Source: an uncultured Gammaproteobacteria bacterium
GTDB taxonomy: Bacteria; Pseudomonadota; Gammaproteobacteria; Arenicellales; Poriferihabitantaceae
DNA: 64,000 bases
Reading direction: 5' to 3'
NCBI GenBank assembly: GCA_937992195.1
Contig: CALKKV010000029.1
Span: 1,268 to 65,267, forward strand
The notes below the pieces were generated by a model that saw nothing but the letters and a program-made list of their open reading frames with translations, ran no database searches and was not told where the DNA came from. Position numbers and translations under genes: made by a program. Within the stretch, counting starts at the first letter, position 1. Every line of letters begins with the position of its first letter. Positions 1-10,295 of this stretch are shown one piece after another.

Positions 1-1006
1 TTGGAAGAGAGTTAAGCATCCTTCTGAAGTGCTGAATGTCGGGGATGAGATTGAAGCGCGCGTATTGAAGTTTGATCGTGAGCAATGCCGAGTTTCTTTA
101 GGCATCAAGCAACTGGGTGAGGACCCTTGGCTTGATCTAGCGCGACGTTATCCGGTCAACACAAGATTGTTTGGAAAAGTGACTAACCTGACTGACTACG
201 GTGCGTTTGTTGAGCTGGAAGAAGGGGTTGAAGGCTTGGTTCACCTTTCTGAAATGGATTGGACTAACAAGAACATCCATCCTGGCAAGGTATGTCATGT
301 GGGCGATGAAGTGGAAGTCATGGTGCTGGATATTGATCCAGAGCGTCGACGTATTTCTCTTGGAATGAAGCAGTGTGCGTCTAATCCTTGGGAAGAATTC
401 GCTGCTACACATAAGAAAGGAGATACCATGAGCGGTAAAATCCGATCTATTACCGACTTTGGTGTATTTATCGGTGTTGATGGCGGTATCGATGGTCTTG
501 TGCATTTGTCTGATCTGTCTTGGGATCGACCTGGTGAAGAGGTTGTCACCGAGCTTAAGAAAGGTGATGAGCTATCTGTTGTGGTTCTCGCGGTTGACGC
601 TGAGCGTGAGCGGATTTCCCTAGGTCTGAAGCAAGCTGTAGAAGATCCTTTCTCCGGATACGTTAGCGAAAACGGCAAGGGTAGTACTGTTCGCGGAACC
701 GTAAAAGAAGTGACTGCCAAAGGCGCGGTTATCGAATTGATACCGAACGTTGAAGGCTATTTACGAGCTGCTGAGATCTCGCAGGATAGAGTTGAGGACG
801 CCCGTACAGTACTCAATGAAGGTGATGAAGTTGAAGCAAAAATCACCAGCATCGAGCGCAAAGATAGAAAGATTTCGCTCTCTATAAAGGTCCGAGAAAT
901 GGAGATCGAAGGCGAAGCTGTTCAAGAGTATGGCCGTGATGCAAAAATGGGCGGCGCAACCCTTGGTGACAAGTTAAAGGAGCAGCTGGATAAACAGTCT
1001 TCTTAA
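1..1006 (+). CDS. rpsA: 30S ribosomal protein S1 (5' end outside window)
   Basis: Tandem S1 repeats ([28 protein letters not shown]; ITDFGVFIG); frame open from the window edge; followed by ihfB. Confidence 0.97.
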   Translation, partial: WKRVKHPSEVLNVGDEIEARVLKFDREQCRVSLGIKQLGEDPWLDLARRYPVNTRLFGKVTNLTDYGAFVELEEGVEGLVHLSEMDWTNKNIHPGKVCHVGDEVEVMVLDIDPERRRISLGMKQCASNPWEEFAATHKKGDTMSGKIRSITDFGVFIGVDGGIDGLVHLSDLSWDRPGEEVVTELKKGDELSVVVLAVDAERERISLGLKQAVEDPFSGYVSENGKGSTVRGTVKEVTAKGAVIELIPNVEGYLRAAEISQDRVEDARTVLNEGDEVEAKITSIERKDRKISLSIKVREMEIEGEAVQEYGRDAKMGGATLGDKLKEQLDKQSS

Positions 1007-1023
1007 ATCTGGTTTAAGTATTT

Positions 1024-1362
1024 ATGTCAGCTGAAAATGAAAATGCTTTTGAGCTACCAACTCTGACAAAGTCAGAGCTGGTAGCTTTTATAAGTAATGA
1101 CCAGCCACAACTGTCAGAGCAAGATGTTGAACTTGCCGTAAACAGTATTCTAGATCGGATGTCTGAAGCGTTGGTAAATGGTGAGCGTATTGAGATTCGC
1201 GGATTCGGCAGTATGACACTGCACTATCGTCCTCCGCGGATTGGGCGAAATCCTAAAACAGGAGAAAAAGTGCAGGTGCCTGAAAAGTACGTGCCGCATT
1301 TTAAACCTGGTGCGAGTTTACGAAAACGTGTTGATGAAGGCTTTAAGGAGTCAATGAAATGA
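1024..1362 (+). CDS. ihfB: Integration host factor beta subunit
   Basis: TKSELV...[10 protein letters not shown]...[23 protein letters not shown]; classic position after rpsA; 13-aa extension before TKSEL. Confidence 0.95.
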   Translation: MSAENENAFELPTLTKSELVAFISNDQPQLSEQDVELAVNSILDRMSEALVNGERIEIRGFGSMTLHYRPPRIGRNPKTGEKVQVPEKYVPHFKPGASLRKRVDEGFKESMK

Positions 1363-1628
1363 AAAAATTATTCTATGCGCTTGTGATTTTTGTTTTTGTT
1401 GTTTTTGGTATGGGTTTTTATATCAATAATCCACAAACTGTTGAACTGAAATATTATCTCGGTTTTCAATACGAATTGCCTTTGGCTGTTTTGTTATTGA
1501 TCTGCCTGGGAATTGGCGTTGCCCTTGGGTATTTTGCAAGTTTATTGAAATCTCTGAAGCTGCGACGTAATCTGTCTCATGCGAAAAGAGAGGTTAAGAA
1601 CCTTGAGGCAGGACAAGTTGTTGGCTAA
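1359..1628 (+). CDS. lapA: Lipopolysaccharide assembly protein A
   Basis: Two TM helices, N..V.L.Y motif, basic coiled tail; lies between ihfB and lapB. Confidence 0.85.
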   Translation: MKKLFYALVIFVFVVFGMGFYINNPQTVELKYYLGFQYELPLAVLLLICLGIGVALGYFASLLKSLKLRRNLSHAKREVKNLEAGQVVG

Positions 1629-1659
1629 TAATTTAGTAGCAAATGTCTCTTAATAAAAA

Positions 1660-2883
1660 ATGGATCCTGTCTGGTTGCTGATTTTATTGCCTGTTGCTAC
1701 CGCCAGCGGTTGGGTTATGGCAGTTCGGGATAAGAATAGTAAATCAACTGTCACAAAAGTCTCTTCTACAAAAGTACCTGACTCGTTTTATCGCGGGTTG
1801 AATCTCCTACTAAATGAGCAACCTGATCGTGCCCTTGACGTCTTTCTTGACGCCGCAGAGATTGATCAGGATACCGCTGAAATGCATGTTGCCCTGGGCA
1901 ATCTCTTCCGACGCCGCGGTGAAATAGAAAGGGCGACCCAAATTCATCAAAATCTTATTGCGCGTCCTGATCTCACCCCGACTCTTCGTGCATTGGCACT
2001 TTATGAGCTTGCGCAAGATTATTTTAAAGCGGGTCTTTTTGATCGAGCTGAAGGCTTGTTGCAGGAGCTCAGGCAGGTGTCGGAATACAATGAGCAGGCC
2101 TGTCGATTCTTGCTTCAAATATACGATCAAGAAAAGGAGTGGCATAGTGCGATCGTAGTCGCAGAAGAACTTGCTGCTTTGACCGACCAGGACTTCGGTG
2201 AGCCTTTGGCGCAATATTGTTGCGAACTCGCAGAGCTGGCTATTTCTGAGGGTAAGGCTGGAAAAGCTGAGTATTATCTTGATTCAGCCCTTAAGTATGT
2301 AGAGCATTGCACCAGAGCAATAATGATTTCTGGCCGCGTTGCAGCAGCGAGAGGCAATCATAGAACCGCAATTAGCGAATGGATGAGATTGGAAGAGGTG
2401 GCCCCCGACTCTCTTGGTGAGGTGGTTGGATTAATTTCAGAGAGTTATGCGGCGCTTGATGATGAGCATAGCTTTCGAGAGTTTCTTGAAAGATCTATCG
2501 AGGTTTGTCCGGATTCCCGAATTATTTCCGCTCTGGTTGAATTCACTCGAGACAGCAAAGGTAAAGTCGCGGGTCAGCAGCTGTTAATTGACATTGTGAA
2601 GAAACGCTCAAACCTTGCTGGTCTTTATCAGCTTCTGCGGAATAGAAATGCGCCGGAATTTCTGCGTGGTGAATCTATTGATCTTGAGTTAATTATCGCA
2701 CTGCTGTCCGAGTCTGGAAGTCAGTCTAGAGAATACCAATGTCGGCAATGTGGGTTTAACAGTAACGCATTGCACTGGCAGTGCCCTGGGTGTAAAGAAT
2801 GGGGTTCAGTCCAGAAGAGAACGATTGCTCGAGAACAGATTCAGCCTAAATCTCTTTCTAGTAGATTGAATATTCCCGCTTGA
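1660..2883 (+). CDS. lapB: Lipopolysaccharide assembly protein B (TPR + rubredoxin)
   Basis: N-terminal TM, GLNLLLNEQPDRA, LGNLFRRRGEIERA..IHQNL, C-terminal CRQCGF...WQCPGCKEW. Confidence 0.95.
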   Translation: MDPVWLLILLPVATASGWVMAVRDKNSKSTVTKVSSTKVPDSFYRGLNLLLNEQPDRALDVFLDAAEIDQDTAEMHVALGNLFRRRGEIERATQIHQNLIARPDLTPTLRALALYELAQDYFKAGLFDRAEGLLQELRQVSEYNEQACRFLLQIYDQEKEWHSAIVVAEELAALTDQDFGEPLAQYCCELAELAISEGKAGKAEYYLDSALKYVEHCTRAIMISGRVAAARGNHRTAISEWMRLEEVAPDSLGEVVGLISESYAALDDEHSFREFLERSIEVCPDSRIISALVEFTRDSKGKVAGQQLLIDIVKKRSNLAGLYQLLRNRNAPEFLRGESIDLELIIALLSESGSQSREYQCRQCGFNSNALHWQCPGCKEWGSVQKRTIAREQIQPKSLSSRLNIPA

Positions 2884-2933
2884 GCGCCGCTCCTCTCCAA
2901 GAAAAACTAATTTCGTCGAAAACGTAAAAAGCT

Positions 2934-4256
2934 ATGAATGTTACTGTCATTGGAACAGGTTATGTTGGTTTGGTAACCGGAACTTGTTTGTCCTCAATGG
3001 GGAACTCTGTCGTTTGCGTTGACACCGATGAAAATAAAATTAAGGGTTTGAAAAAAGGTCAGTTGCCTATTTATGAACCTGGACTCGACGCAATGGTGCT
3101 GGACAATATTGCAGCTGAAAGGCTTTCTTTTACCACAGATATTGTGGCAGGTGTCGAGAGTAGTGACGTGCTTTTTATCGCGGTGGGGACGCCTCCTGAT
3201 GAGGACGGATCCGCTGATCTTAAGTATGTTCTGCAGGTGGCTAACTCCATCGGGCAAGCGATGAACGGTTACAAGGTTGTCGTTACCAAATCCACTGTAC
3301 CGGTGGGTACGGCCGAAAAAGTACGGGCCGAAGTTCAGTCGGCACTAAAGCAACATGGAAAAGAAATAGAGTTTAGTGTTGTGTCGAATCCTGAGTTCTT
3401 GAAGGAGGGCGCCGCTGTAGAAGATTTTATGAAACCTGATCGTATTATTATTGGTACTGATGATGAGCGTGCGTTGGAAGTGATGCGATCTCTATATGCA
3501 CCTTTTAATCGGAACCATGAGCGCGTTATTAATATGGATATTCCATCCGCTGAGTTAACGAAGTACACAGCGAATGCAATGTTGGCCACAAAAATTTCAT
3601 TTATGAATGAAATGGCGAACTTGGCTGAAAAGCTAGGTGCAGATATCGAGGCAGTGCGTAAAGGGATCGGTGCCGACCCAAGAATTGGTTACCATTTTAT
3701 CTATCCGGGCTGCGGGTACGGAGGTTCTTGTTTCCCAAAAGATGTGCAGGCGTTGTATCGAACGGCTGGCGAGGCGGGTTACGAAGCGCGAATACTGGAA
3801 GCGGTTGAGCTTGTAAACTACGACCAGAAAAGGGTTCTGGTCGATAAGCTAATCGCACATTTCGGAACAGATTTGAGCGATAAAGTTTTTGCACTTTGGG
3901 GGCTCTCATTTAAACCCGATACTGATGACATGCGCGATGCACCCAGCCGGGTTGTGATGGAGGCTCTTTGGTCTATGGGAGCAAAAGTCCAAGCATTTGA
4001 TCCAGTTGCTACACACGAAGCGGCTCGAATCTATGGGGATAGAGATGATTTGGTTTTGGCGTCGGAGGATCCATACTCTGTTTTGCAAGATGCGGATGCG
4101 TTGATTTTGGTTACTGAGTGGAAAGCATTTCGTGCTGCTGATATCCCCCGTATCGCAAAAACGATGAAAGGAGAGGTCATTTTGGATGGTAGAAATATTT
4201 TTCCTATCGAGTCAGTGAACGAAGCCGGTTTGAAATACTATGGTATCGGCCGATAG
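2934..4256 (+). CDS. ugd: UDP-glucose 6-dehydrogenase
   Basis: GTGYVGL Rossmann motif, SNPEFLKEG, catalytic [10 protein letters not shown]. Confidence 0.95.
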   Translation: MNVTVIGTGYVGLVTGTCLSSMGNSVVCVDTDENKIKGLKKGQLPIYEPGLDAMVLDNIAAERLSFTTDIVAGVESSDVLFIAVGTPPDEDGSADLKYVLQVANSIGQAMNGYKVVVTKSTVPVGTAEKVRAEVQSALKQHGKEIEFSVVSNPEFLKEGAAVEDFMKPDRIIIGTDDERALEVMRSLYAPFNRNHERVINMDIPSAELTKYTANAMLATKISFMNEMANLAEKLGADIEAVRKGIGADPRIGYHFIYPGCGYGGSCFPKDVQALYRTAGEAGYEARILEAVELVNYDQKRVLVDKLIAHFGTDLSDKVFALWGLSFKPDTDDMRDAPSRVVMEALWSMGAKVQAFDPVATHEAARIYGDRDDLVLASEDPYSVLQDADALILVTEWKAFRAADIPRIAKTMKGEVILDGRNIFPIESVNEAGLKYYGIGR

Positions 4257-5205
4257 TCTTATCTCTGCATTGCATTTATCTCGTGTCCTGGTCATTGGAG
4301 ATATTATGCTCGACCGCTATTGGTTTGGTGGGGTAGAGCGAATATCGCCGGAAGCGCCAGTGCCTGTGGTTTTAGTCGACGAAGTTGAAAATAGACTGGG
4401 TGGTGCAGGCAACGTGGCCCTCAATATTACCTCGCTTGGCGGAAAATGCACTCTGATCGGAGTTGTCGGCGATGATAAGGCTGGTGAAGATGTTATTGAT
4501 ATTGCTGCCAGTGCAGGTGTTACACCGAATATATTTAAAGATCAGTCGATGCCAACATGTATCAAGCAGAGAATAATCTCGCGAAATCAACAGTTGTTGC
4601 GGGCTGATTTTGAATCTCGTCCTGATGAAACGATGTATCCGAAGCTAGAAAGAAAATATGCGGAATTAGTTGCTGAACATGATGCGATTGTGCTTTCTGA
4701 TTACGGAAAGGGTACATTGGGAAAAGTGGAGTCGCTGATTTCCATTGCAACCGACCAAAATATTCCTGTTCTTGTTGATCCGAAAGGAAGTGATTTTTCC
4801 CGATATCGTGGCGCATCTTTAATTACGCCTAATCTCAAAGAATTCGAACAGGTCTCCGGCGAGGTTGAGAGCGATGATGATCTTGCGTTAAAAGCCGAGG
4901 TCGTTATTCGGGACAACAATCTTGATGCATTGCTGGTTACTTTGAGTGAAAAGGGTATGAAGCTATTTCAGGCAAATAAAAACACGATACATCGGCCGGC
5001 TAGAAGTCAGGAAGTTTTCGATGTTAGTGGCGCCGGTGATACTGTGATCGCTACAATGGCACTTTGTATGGCGAGTAAACTAGATATGTCAGAGTCATTG
5101 ATGGTAGCGAATAATGCTGCAGGTGTGGTGGTTTCTAAGATTGGGACCGCTACGGTAGATACTTCAGAGCTCTTAAATGCTATCAAAGCGGAGGCGGTGC
5201 AGTGA
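4240..5205 (+). CDS. rfaE1: D-glycero-beta-D-manno-heptose-7-phosphate kinase (HldA; kinase half of HldE only)
   Basis: [37 protein letters not shown] PfkB motif; no adenylyltransferase domain. Confidence 0.93.
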   Translation: MVSADSLISALHLSRVLVIGDIMLDRYWFGGVERISPEAPVPVVLVDEVENRLGGAGNVALNITSLGGKCTLIGVVGDDKAGEDVIDIAASAGVTPNIFKDQSMPTCIKQRIISRNQQLLRADFESRPDETMYPKLERKYAELVAEHDAIVLSDYGKGTLGKVESLISIATDQNIPVLVDPKGSDFSRYRGASLITPNLKEFEQVSGEVESDDDLALKAEVVIRDNNLDALLVTLSEKGMKLFQANKNTIHRPARSQEVFDVSGAGDTVIATMALCMASKLDMSESLMVANNAAGVVVSKIGTATVDTSELLNAIKAEAVQ

Positions 5206-6224
5206 TTATAGTCACGGGCGGCGCTGGCTTTATTGGGTCAAATATCGTTAAGGGGTTAAATGACCGAGGGATAGAGAATATTCTGGTTGTCGATAATTTG
5301 ACTAATGTTGACAAGATAAAAAATATTGCTGATCTAAAAATAGCTGACTATATTGACAAAGAAGTCTTTTATAGTCAGATCGCAGATGCAGAGAATTATG
5401 TTAAAGGCTTTCAATTTCCCGGCCTTGAAGATGTAACCGCCGTTTTTCACGAAGGCGCGTGTTCAGACACAATGGCGTCTGACGGCAAATACGTATTGCA
5501 CAATAATTTCACATTCACTAAAGCTCTATTTCATTTCTGTAAGCTGAGTAATGCGCAGTTTATTTACGCTTCCTCTGCCTCGGTATATGGATCAGGTGCT
5601 ACCTTCAAGGAGTCGCCTGAGTTTGAATCAGCGTTAAATGCCTACGCGTATTCCAAACTGTTGTTTGATCAATATGTTCGCCAACAATCTACAACTCCCA
5701 GGCAATGCGTTGGACTGCGATACTTCAATGTCTACGGGCCGCGTGAACAACACAAGGGAAGGATGGCTTCAGTAGCCTGGCATTTTCGCAATCAGTTTCA
5801 GGAAAGCGGAAGGGTTAGATTATTTGAAGGAACGGATGGCTATGAAAATGGAGAACAGAGAAGAGATTTTATCTATGTCGAAGATGTTGTGAACGTTAAT
5901 CTTTTTTTACTTGATCACCCCAAGGTGAATGGGATTTTCAATTTAGGTACTGGTCAATGCCAGAGTTTTAATGATGTCGCATTGAGTGTGATCAATTCGC
6001 TCCGAGAAAAGCTGGGTGCTGAAAAAGTAACGCTTGAACAGGCGATAGCAGATGAGTTGATCGAATACATGCCTATGCCAGAAGCCTTGAATGGAAAATA
6101 TCAAAGTTATACCGAGGCCGATATGGCGTCTCTAACGAGGGAAGGGTATGAAAAACCTTTCCATAGTGTCGAAAGCGGCGTAGCGCGCTATCTCGATTAT
6201 CTTGAAAAAACTAACATAAATTAA
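5202..6224 (+). CDS. rfaD: ADP-L-glycero-D-manno-heptose 6-epimerase (HldD)
   Basis: [48 protein letters not shown]. Confidence 0.96.
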   Translation: MIIVTGGAGFIGSNIVKGLNDRGIENILVVDNLTNVDKIKNIADLKIADYIDKEVFYSQIADAENYVKGFQFPGLEDVTAVFHEGACSDTMASDGKYVLHNNFTFTKALFHFCKLSNAQFIYASSASVYGSGATFKESPEFESALNAYAYSKLLFDQYVRQQSTTPRQCVGLRYFNVYGPREQHKGRMASVAWHFRNQFQESGRVRLFEGTDGYENGEQRRDFIYVEDVVNVNLFLLDHPKVNGIFNLGTGQCQSFNDVALSVINSLREKLGAEKVTLEQAIADELIEYMPMPEALNGKYQSYTEADMASLTREGYEKPFHSVESGVARYLDYLEKTNIN

Positions 6225-6228
6225 GAAC

Positions 6229-7314
6229 TTGAATAATACTGTTTTTGTCACTGGAGGAGCTGGTTTTATAGGTTCCGCAGTTATACGTCATTTGCTTGCT
6301 CACTATGATTGCGATGTTGTGAATATCGACAAACTTACCTATGCAGGTAATCTTGAGACACTTGAACAAGAATCTAAAAACCCGAAATATCATTTTGTTC
6401 AATATGATATCTGTGACGCTGTCAAAATTGACAGGTTGTTTGAAGAATATCAGCCAAAGTCGATAATGCATTTGGCAGCGGAATCCCATGTAGATAGATC
6501 TATCGATGGGCCACAGGAATTTATTCAAACTAATATCGTTGGAACATTTACCCTGTTACAAGCGGCTAGAAAGTACTGTGATACGCTGAATGCAGCAGAC
6601 GCATCACGATTTCGTTTTCACCATATTTCTACCGATGAGGTTTTTGGCAGTCTTGGTGATGAGGGATTATTTACTGAGGATTCTCCATACCAACCTAATT
6701 CACCATATTCTGCAAGTAAAGCCGCTTCTGATCATTTGGTGAGGGCCTGGAATGAAACATTTGGATTGCCAGTGGTTTTATCGAATTGTTCAAATAACTA
6801 CGGTCCCTATCAATATCCTGAGAAGCTGTTACCTGTGATTATCTCCAAAATCCTTTCTGAACAACCTATTCCTGTCTATGGCACTGGCGAGAATGTTCGA
6901 GATTGGTTGTACGTAGACGATCATGCGTCTGCGCTGGTTACGATTATGCTGCGAGGTAAGGTGGGTCGTAGTTATAACGTTGGCGGCAATGAGGAACGAA
7001 CCAATATTGATGTGGTGAGAACCGTATGTGAAATTATGGACGAGTTGATTCCGTCAAAAAACTGTGATGCTGGCTATTCTTCATTAATTGAGTTTGTCGC
7101 AGATCGGCCTGGTCACGACCAGCGTTACGCGATCGACGCGACTCGTTTGGAAAAAGAGCTTCAGTGGACGCCTGCGGAAACGTTTTCTTCGGGTATGCGT
7201 AAAACTGTACAATGGTATTTAGATAATCGCGGTTGGTCCGATACTATTTTGTCATCTAATAGTTCAAGTGGAGAACGGCTTGGAACTGCTAAGAAGTTAA
7301 CGGGAGAATCATAA
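6229..7314 (+). CDS. rfbB: dTDP-glucose 4,6-dehydratase (RmlB)
   Basis: [42 protein letters not shown]. Confidence 0.96.
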   Translation: MNNTVFVTGGAGFIGSAVIRHLLAHYDCDVVNIDKLTYAGNLETLEQESKNPKYHFVQYDICDAVKIDRLFEEYQPKSIMHLAAESHVDRSIDGPQEFIQTNIVGTFTLLQAARKYCDTLNAADASRFRFHHISTDEVFGSLGDEGLFTEDSPYQPNSPYSASKAASDHLVRAWNETFGLPVVLSNCSNNYGPYQYPEKLLPVIISKILSEQPIPVYGTGENVRDWLYVDDHASALVTIMLRGKVGRSYNVGGNEERTNIDVVRTVCEIMDELIPSKNCDAGYSSLIEFVADRPGHDQRYAIDATRLEKELQWTPAETFSSGMRKTVQWYLDNRGWSDTILSSNSSSGERLGTAKKLTGES

Positions 7315-8180
7315 TGAGGGGCATTATCTTAGCCGGGGGCTCGGGGTCTCGCCTTTGGCCGGTGACACTCGCGGTATCAAAACAGTTAATACCTGTCTAT
7401 GATAAACCTATGATCTACTATCCGCTTTCTGCATTATTGCTAGCGGGCATTCGTGAAATATTGATTATATCAACTCCACAAGATACGCCACGCTTTCAAC
7501 AGCTACTTGGCGATGGTGGGCAATGGGGAATCAATCTTTCATATGCTGTGCAACCCAGTCCAGATGGATTAGCGCAAGCATTTATCATTGGTTCGGAGTT
7601 CATTGGATCACATCCTTCGGCTTTAGTATTGGGTGATAATATTTTTCACGGTCATCAGTTGACTGAAACTTTGCAGAGTGCTGCTTCTTTAGAAAAAGGA
7701 GCGCGTGTATTTGCCTATGGGGTAACCGATCCGGAACGTTATGGCGTGGTTGCATTCGATGAAAATGGCAAGGCATATGATCTGGAAGAAAAACCGGAGA
7801 ATCCAAAGTCTCGATACGCTGTAACCGGACTCTACTTTTACGATAATACTGTTTCTGAGAGGGCCAAGGACTTGAAACCTTCAGCTAGAGGCGAACTCGA
7901 AATAACGGACTTGAACCGCACGTACCTGAAAGATGGTAGCTTAGGAGTAGAGGTATTCAGTCGTGGAATGGCTTGGTTAGATACCGGTACACATGATTCA
8001 TTGTTAGATGCGGCGAAGTTCATAGAAACAATTGAGACACGACAAGGTATGAAGGTTTGTTGTCCTGAAGAAATTTGCTGGCGCCAAGGGTACATTGACG
8101 ATCAAGCTTTGGAGGGTTTGGCAAATAGTCTGAGTAAGAACGAATATGGACAATACTTGTACAGATTGCTGCAAGAATGA
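7314..8180 (+). CDS. rfbA: Glucose-1-phosphate thymidylyltransferase (RmlA)
   Basis: [13 protein letters not shown]...[30 protein letters not shown]. Confidence 0.96.
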   Translation: MRGIILAGGSGSRLWPVTLAVSKQLIPVYDKPMIYYPLSALLLAGIREILIISTPQDTPRFQQLLGDGGQWGINLSYAVQPSPDGLAQAFIIGSEFIGSHPSALVLGDNIFHGHQLTETLQSAASLEKGARVFAYGVTDPERYGVVAFDENGKAYDLEEKPENPKSRYAVTGLYFYDNTVSERAKDLKPSARGELEITDLNRTYLKDGSLGVEVFSRGMAWLDTGTHDSLLDAAKFIETIETRQGMKVCCPEEICWRQGYIDDQALEGLANSLSKNEYGQYLYRLLQE

Positions 8181-8229
8181 AGAGCTAAAAAAAGACCGAA
8201 ACTTAAATTAAATTTTCCTCAATCAAAGA

Positions 8230-9207
8230 ATGAACAACGCTACGAATACGCAAACACCCGAGTTAGCTCTTTCGGTAATTCTTCCGGTTTACAACGAAGA
8301 AGACAATATTGAACTACTACACAACGAAATCGCTTTAGTACTGGACAACATAGATGGTCAAACAGAGGTTATTTATGTTGATGATGGTAGCAGCGACGCC
8401 ACTTTAGAGAAGTTACAAAAACTACACGACTCAGATGAGCGAGTGGTGGTTGTGGAGTTTCGTCGAAACTTTGGTCAAACGGCTGCGATGTCTGCAGGTT
8501 TTGACATGGCAAGAGGTGAAATAGTGATTGCGATGGATGCGGACCGTCAGAACGATCCAGCAGATATACCGAAGCTTGTAGAGAAAATTAACGAAGGTTT
8601 TGATTTGGTTTCTGGCTGGCGATTCGATAGAAAAGATGGTTATTGGCTTAGATTGCTTCCGTCAAAAATTGCGAATAAGTTGATATCGTCGACGACCGAC
8701 GTGCGCTTGCATGATTACGGTTGTTCACTAAAAGCGTTTCGCTTTGAAGTGGCAAAGCAAATTTCTCTTTACGGCGAAATGCACCGCTTTATTCCTGCGC
8801 TCGCCAGTGCGATCGGGGTGAGAATCGCTGAAGTAAAGGTAAATCACAGACCTAGAGTAGCCGGCGAATCGAAGTATGGGATTTCGCGCACCTTTCGCGT
8901 GATTCTTGACCTTATTACTGTTAAGTTTTTGTTGCGATTTTCGAGTAAGCCGATGCAGTTTTTTGGCTCAATCGGAATGATCAGTGGGTTTATTGGCTTC
9001 GCACTATGCTTTTATTTGACGCTCGAAAAGCTGATTTATAGTGTCCCAATGTCTGATCGACCGTTGTTGCTCTTGGGGATTATGTTGTTATTTATTGGCC
9101 TTCAGTTTATTACCGTTGGCTTACTTGCTGAATTGATGACGCGAACCTATCATGAGGCTCAAGATAAGCCGATATATACTGTGCGAAGTGTCCTCCGTAA
9201 AGGGTAA
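8230..9207 (+). CDS. GT2 glycosyltransferase, ArnC/GtrB/DPM-synthase-like (polyprenyl-phosphate glycosyltransferase)
   Basis: VDDGSSD, RNFGQTAA, MDADRQNDP, GEMHRFIP, two C-terminal TM helices. Confidence 0.88.
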   Translation: MNNATNTQTPELALSVILPVYNEEDNIELLHNEIALVLDNIDGQTEVIYVDDGSSDATLEKLQKLHDSDERVVVVEFRRNFGQTAAMSAGFDMARGEIVIAMDADRQNDPADIPKLVEKINEGFDLVSGWRFDRKDGYWLRLLPSKIANKLISSTTDVRLHDYGCSLKAFRFEVAKQISLYGEMHRFIPALASAIGVRIAEVKVNHRPRVAGESKYGISRTFRVILDLITVKFLLRFSSKPMQFFGSIGMISGFIGFALCFYLTLEKLIYSVPMSDRPLLLLGIMLLFIGLQFITVGLLAELMTRTYHEAQDKPIYTVRSVLRKG

Positions 9208-9290
9208 TTGGTGAGTTGTCAAAGTGTTCATATAGTGTTCGTATTTAGTATGGAAAATTACACGCGATTGCATGTTCTGAATCTTAAATA

Positions 9291-10295
9291 ATGGCGACAG
9301 CCTCAACAATTACAGTTGATGATTCAGTTGCTGTTGTCATCGTTAACTATAACGGTGCCGACTTTCTCAGCGCATGTTTATCAGCGATATTCGAACAGTC
9401 TGTTAAACCAGAACGAGTGATAGTTGTTGACAATGCGAGCACAGATTTATCTAATTCTATAATTCAATCAAGTTTCCCTGAAGTAGAGTTAATCAAGCTC
9501 GATCAAAATACAGGTTTTGCAGCGGCGAACAACAAGGCGTTCACCTTGATCAAAGATTGCAGCTGGGTTGCTTTACTGAATCCAGACACTATTGCTTATC
9601 CCAATTGGATAGAGCTTTTAAAAAAAGCGGTCAACAAATATACCGATACTGCGGTTTTTTCTTGTCGACTCGAAGATATGAACGATGCGTCAAAGTTAGA
9701 CGGTACTGGAGATCAGTATCATGTGACAGGGTTGAGTTGGCGCCGTGATCATGGTGCTTCTGCCGCTGTAAATAGGACTATCGGGGAGGGGGTTTTTTCT
9801 CCTTGTGCCGCTGCGGCGCTTTACCGGTTAGAAGATGTGATCGCTGTAGGTATGTTTGATGAGTCATATTTTTGCTATAACGAAGATACTGATTTAATGT
9901 TTCGCCTGCGATTAAATGGTAAGCATTGCTTGCACTTGGACGATTGCATCGTACGCCACGCAGGTTCTGGCATTACTGGGGTTCAAAGTGATTTCAGCGT
10001 GTATCATGGCCATAGAAATTTAGTGTGGACATACTTTAAAAATATGCCTTCCTTCTTATTATGGTTATATCTGCCGCAACATATCCTGCTCAATCTGGTA
10101 TCAATGGTTCACTTTACCTTGAAAGGTCGCTTTAAGGTGATTGTGAGAGCAAAATGGCATGCGTTGCGTGGTTTACCTCGTGTTTTGCGAATGCGTAAGT
10201 CCATTCATAAGCCAGATAACGTGTCCTCTTCTAAAATCGCGTGTAGCATGATTCGAAACCCTTTGGCTGCATATTTCAACCGATATGAAAAATAA
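9291..10295 (+). CDS. GT2 glycosyltransferase (WbbL/rhamnosyltransferase-like)
   Basis: VIVNYNG, VDNAS, NTGFAAANN, LLNPD, FDESYFCYNEDTDL. Confidence 0.88.
   Translation: MATASTITVDDSVAVVIVNYNGADFLSACLSAIFEQSVKPERVIVVDNASTDLSNSIIQSSFPEVELIKLDQNTGFAAANNKAFTLIKDCSWVALLNPDTIAYPNWIELLKKAVNKYTDTAVFSCRLEDMNDASKLDGTGDQYHVTGLSWRRDHGASAAVNRTIGEGVFSPCAAAALYRLEDVIAVGMFDESYFCYNEDTDLMFRLRLNGKHCLHLDDCIVRHAGSGITGVQSDFSVYHGHRNLVWTYFKNMPSFLLWLYLPQHILLNLVSMVHFTLKGRFKVIVRAKWHALRGLPRVLRMRKSIHKPDNVSSSKIACSMIRNPLAAYFNRYEK

Noticed and set aside
1024-1065. N-terminal extension of IHF-beta or a possible CTG start
   Set aside because: Short N-terminal extensions are common and neither start has a clear SD; not informative.
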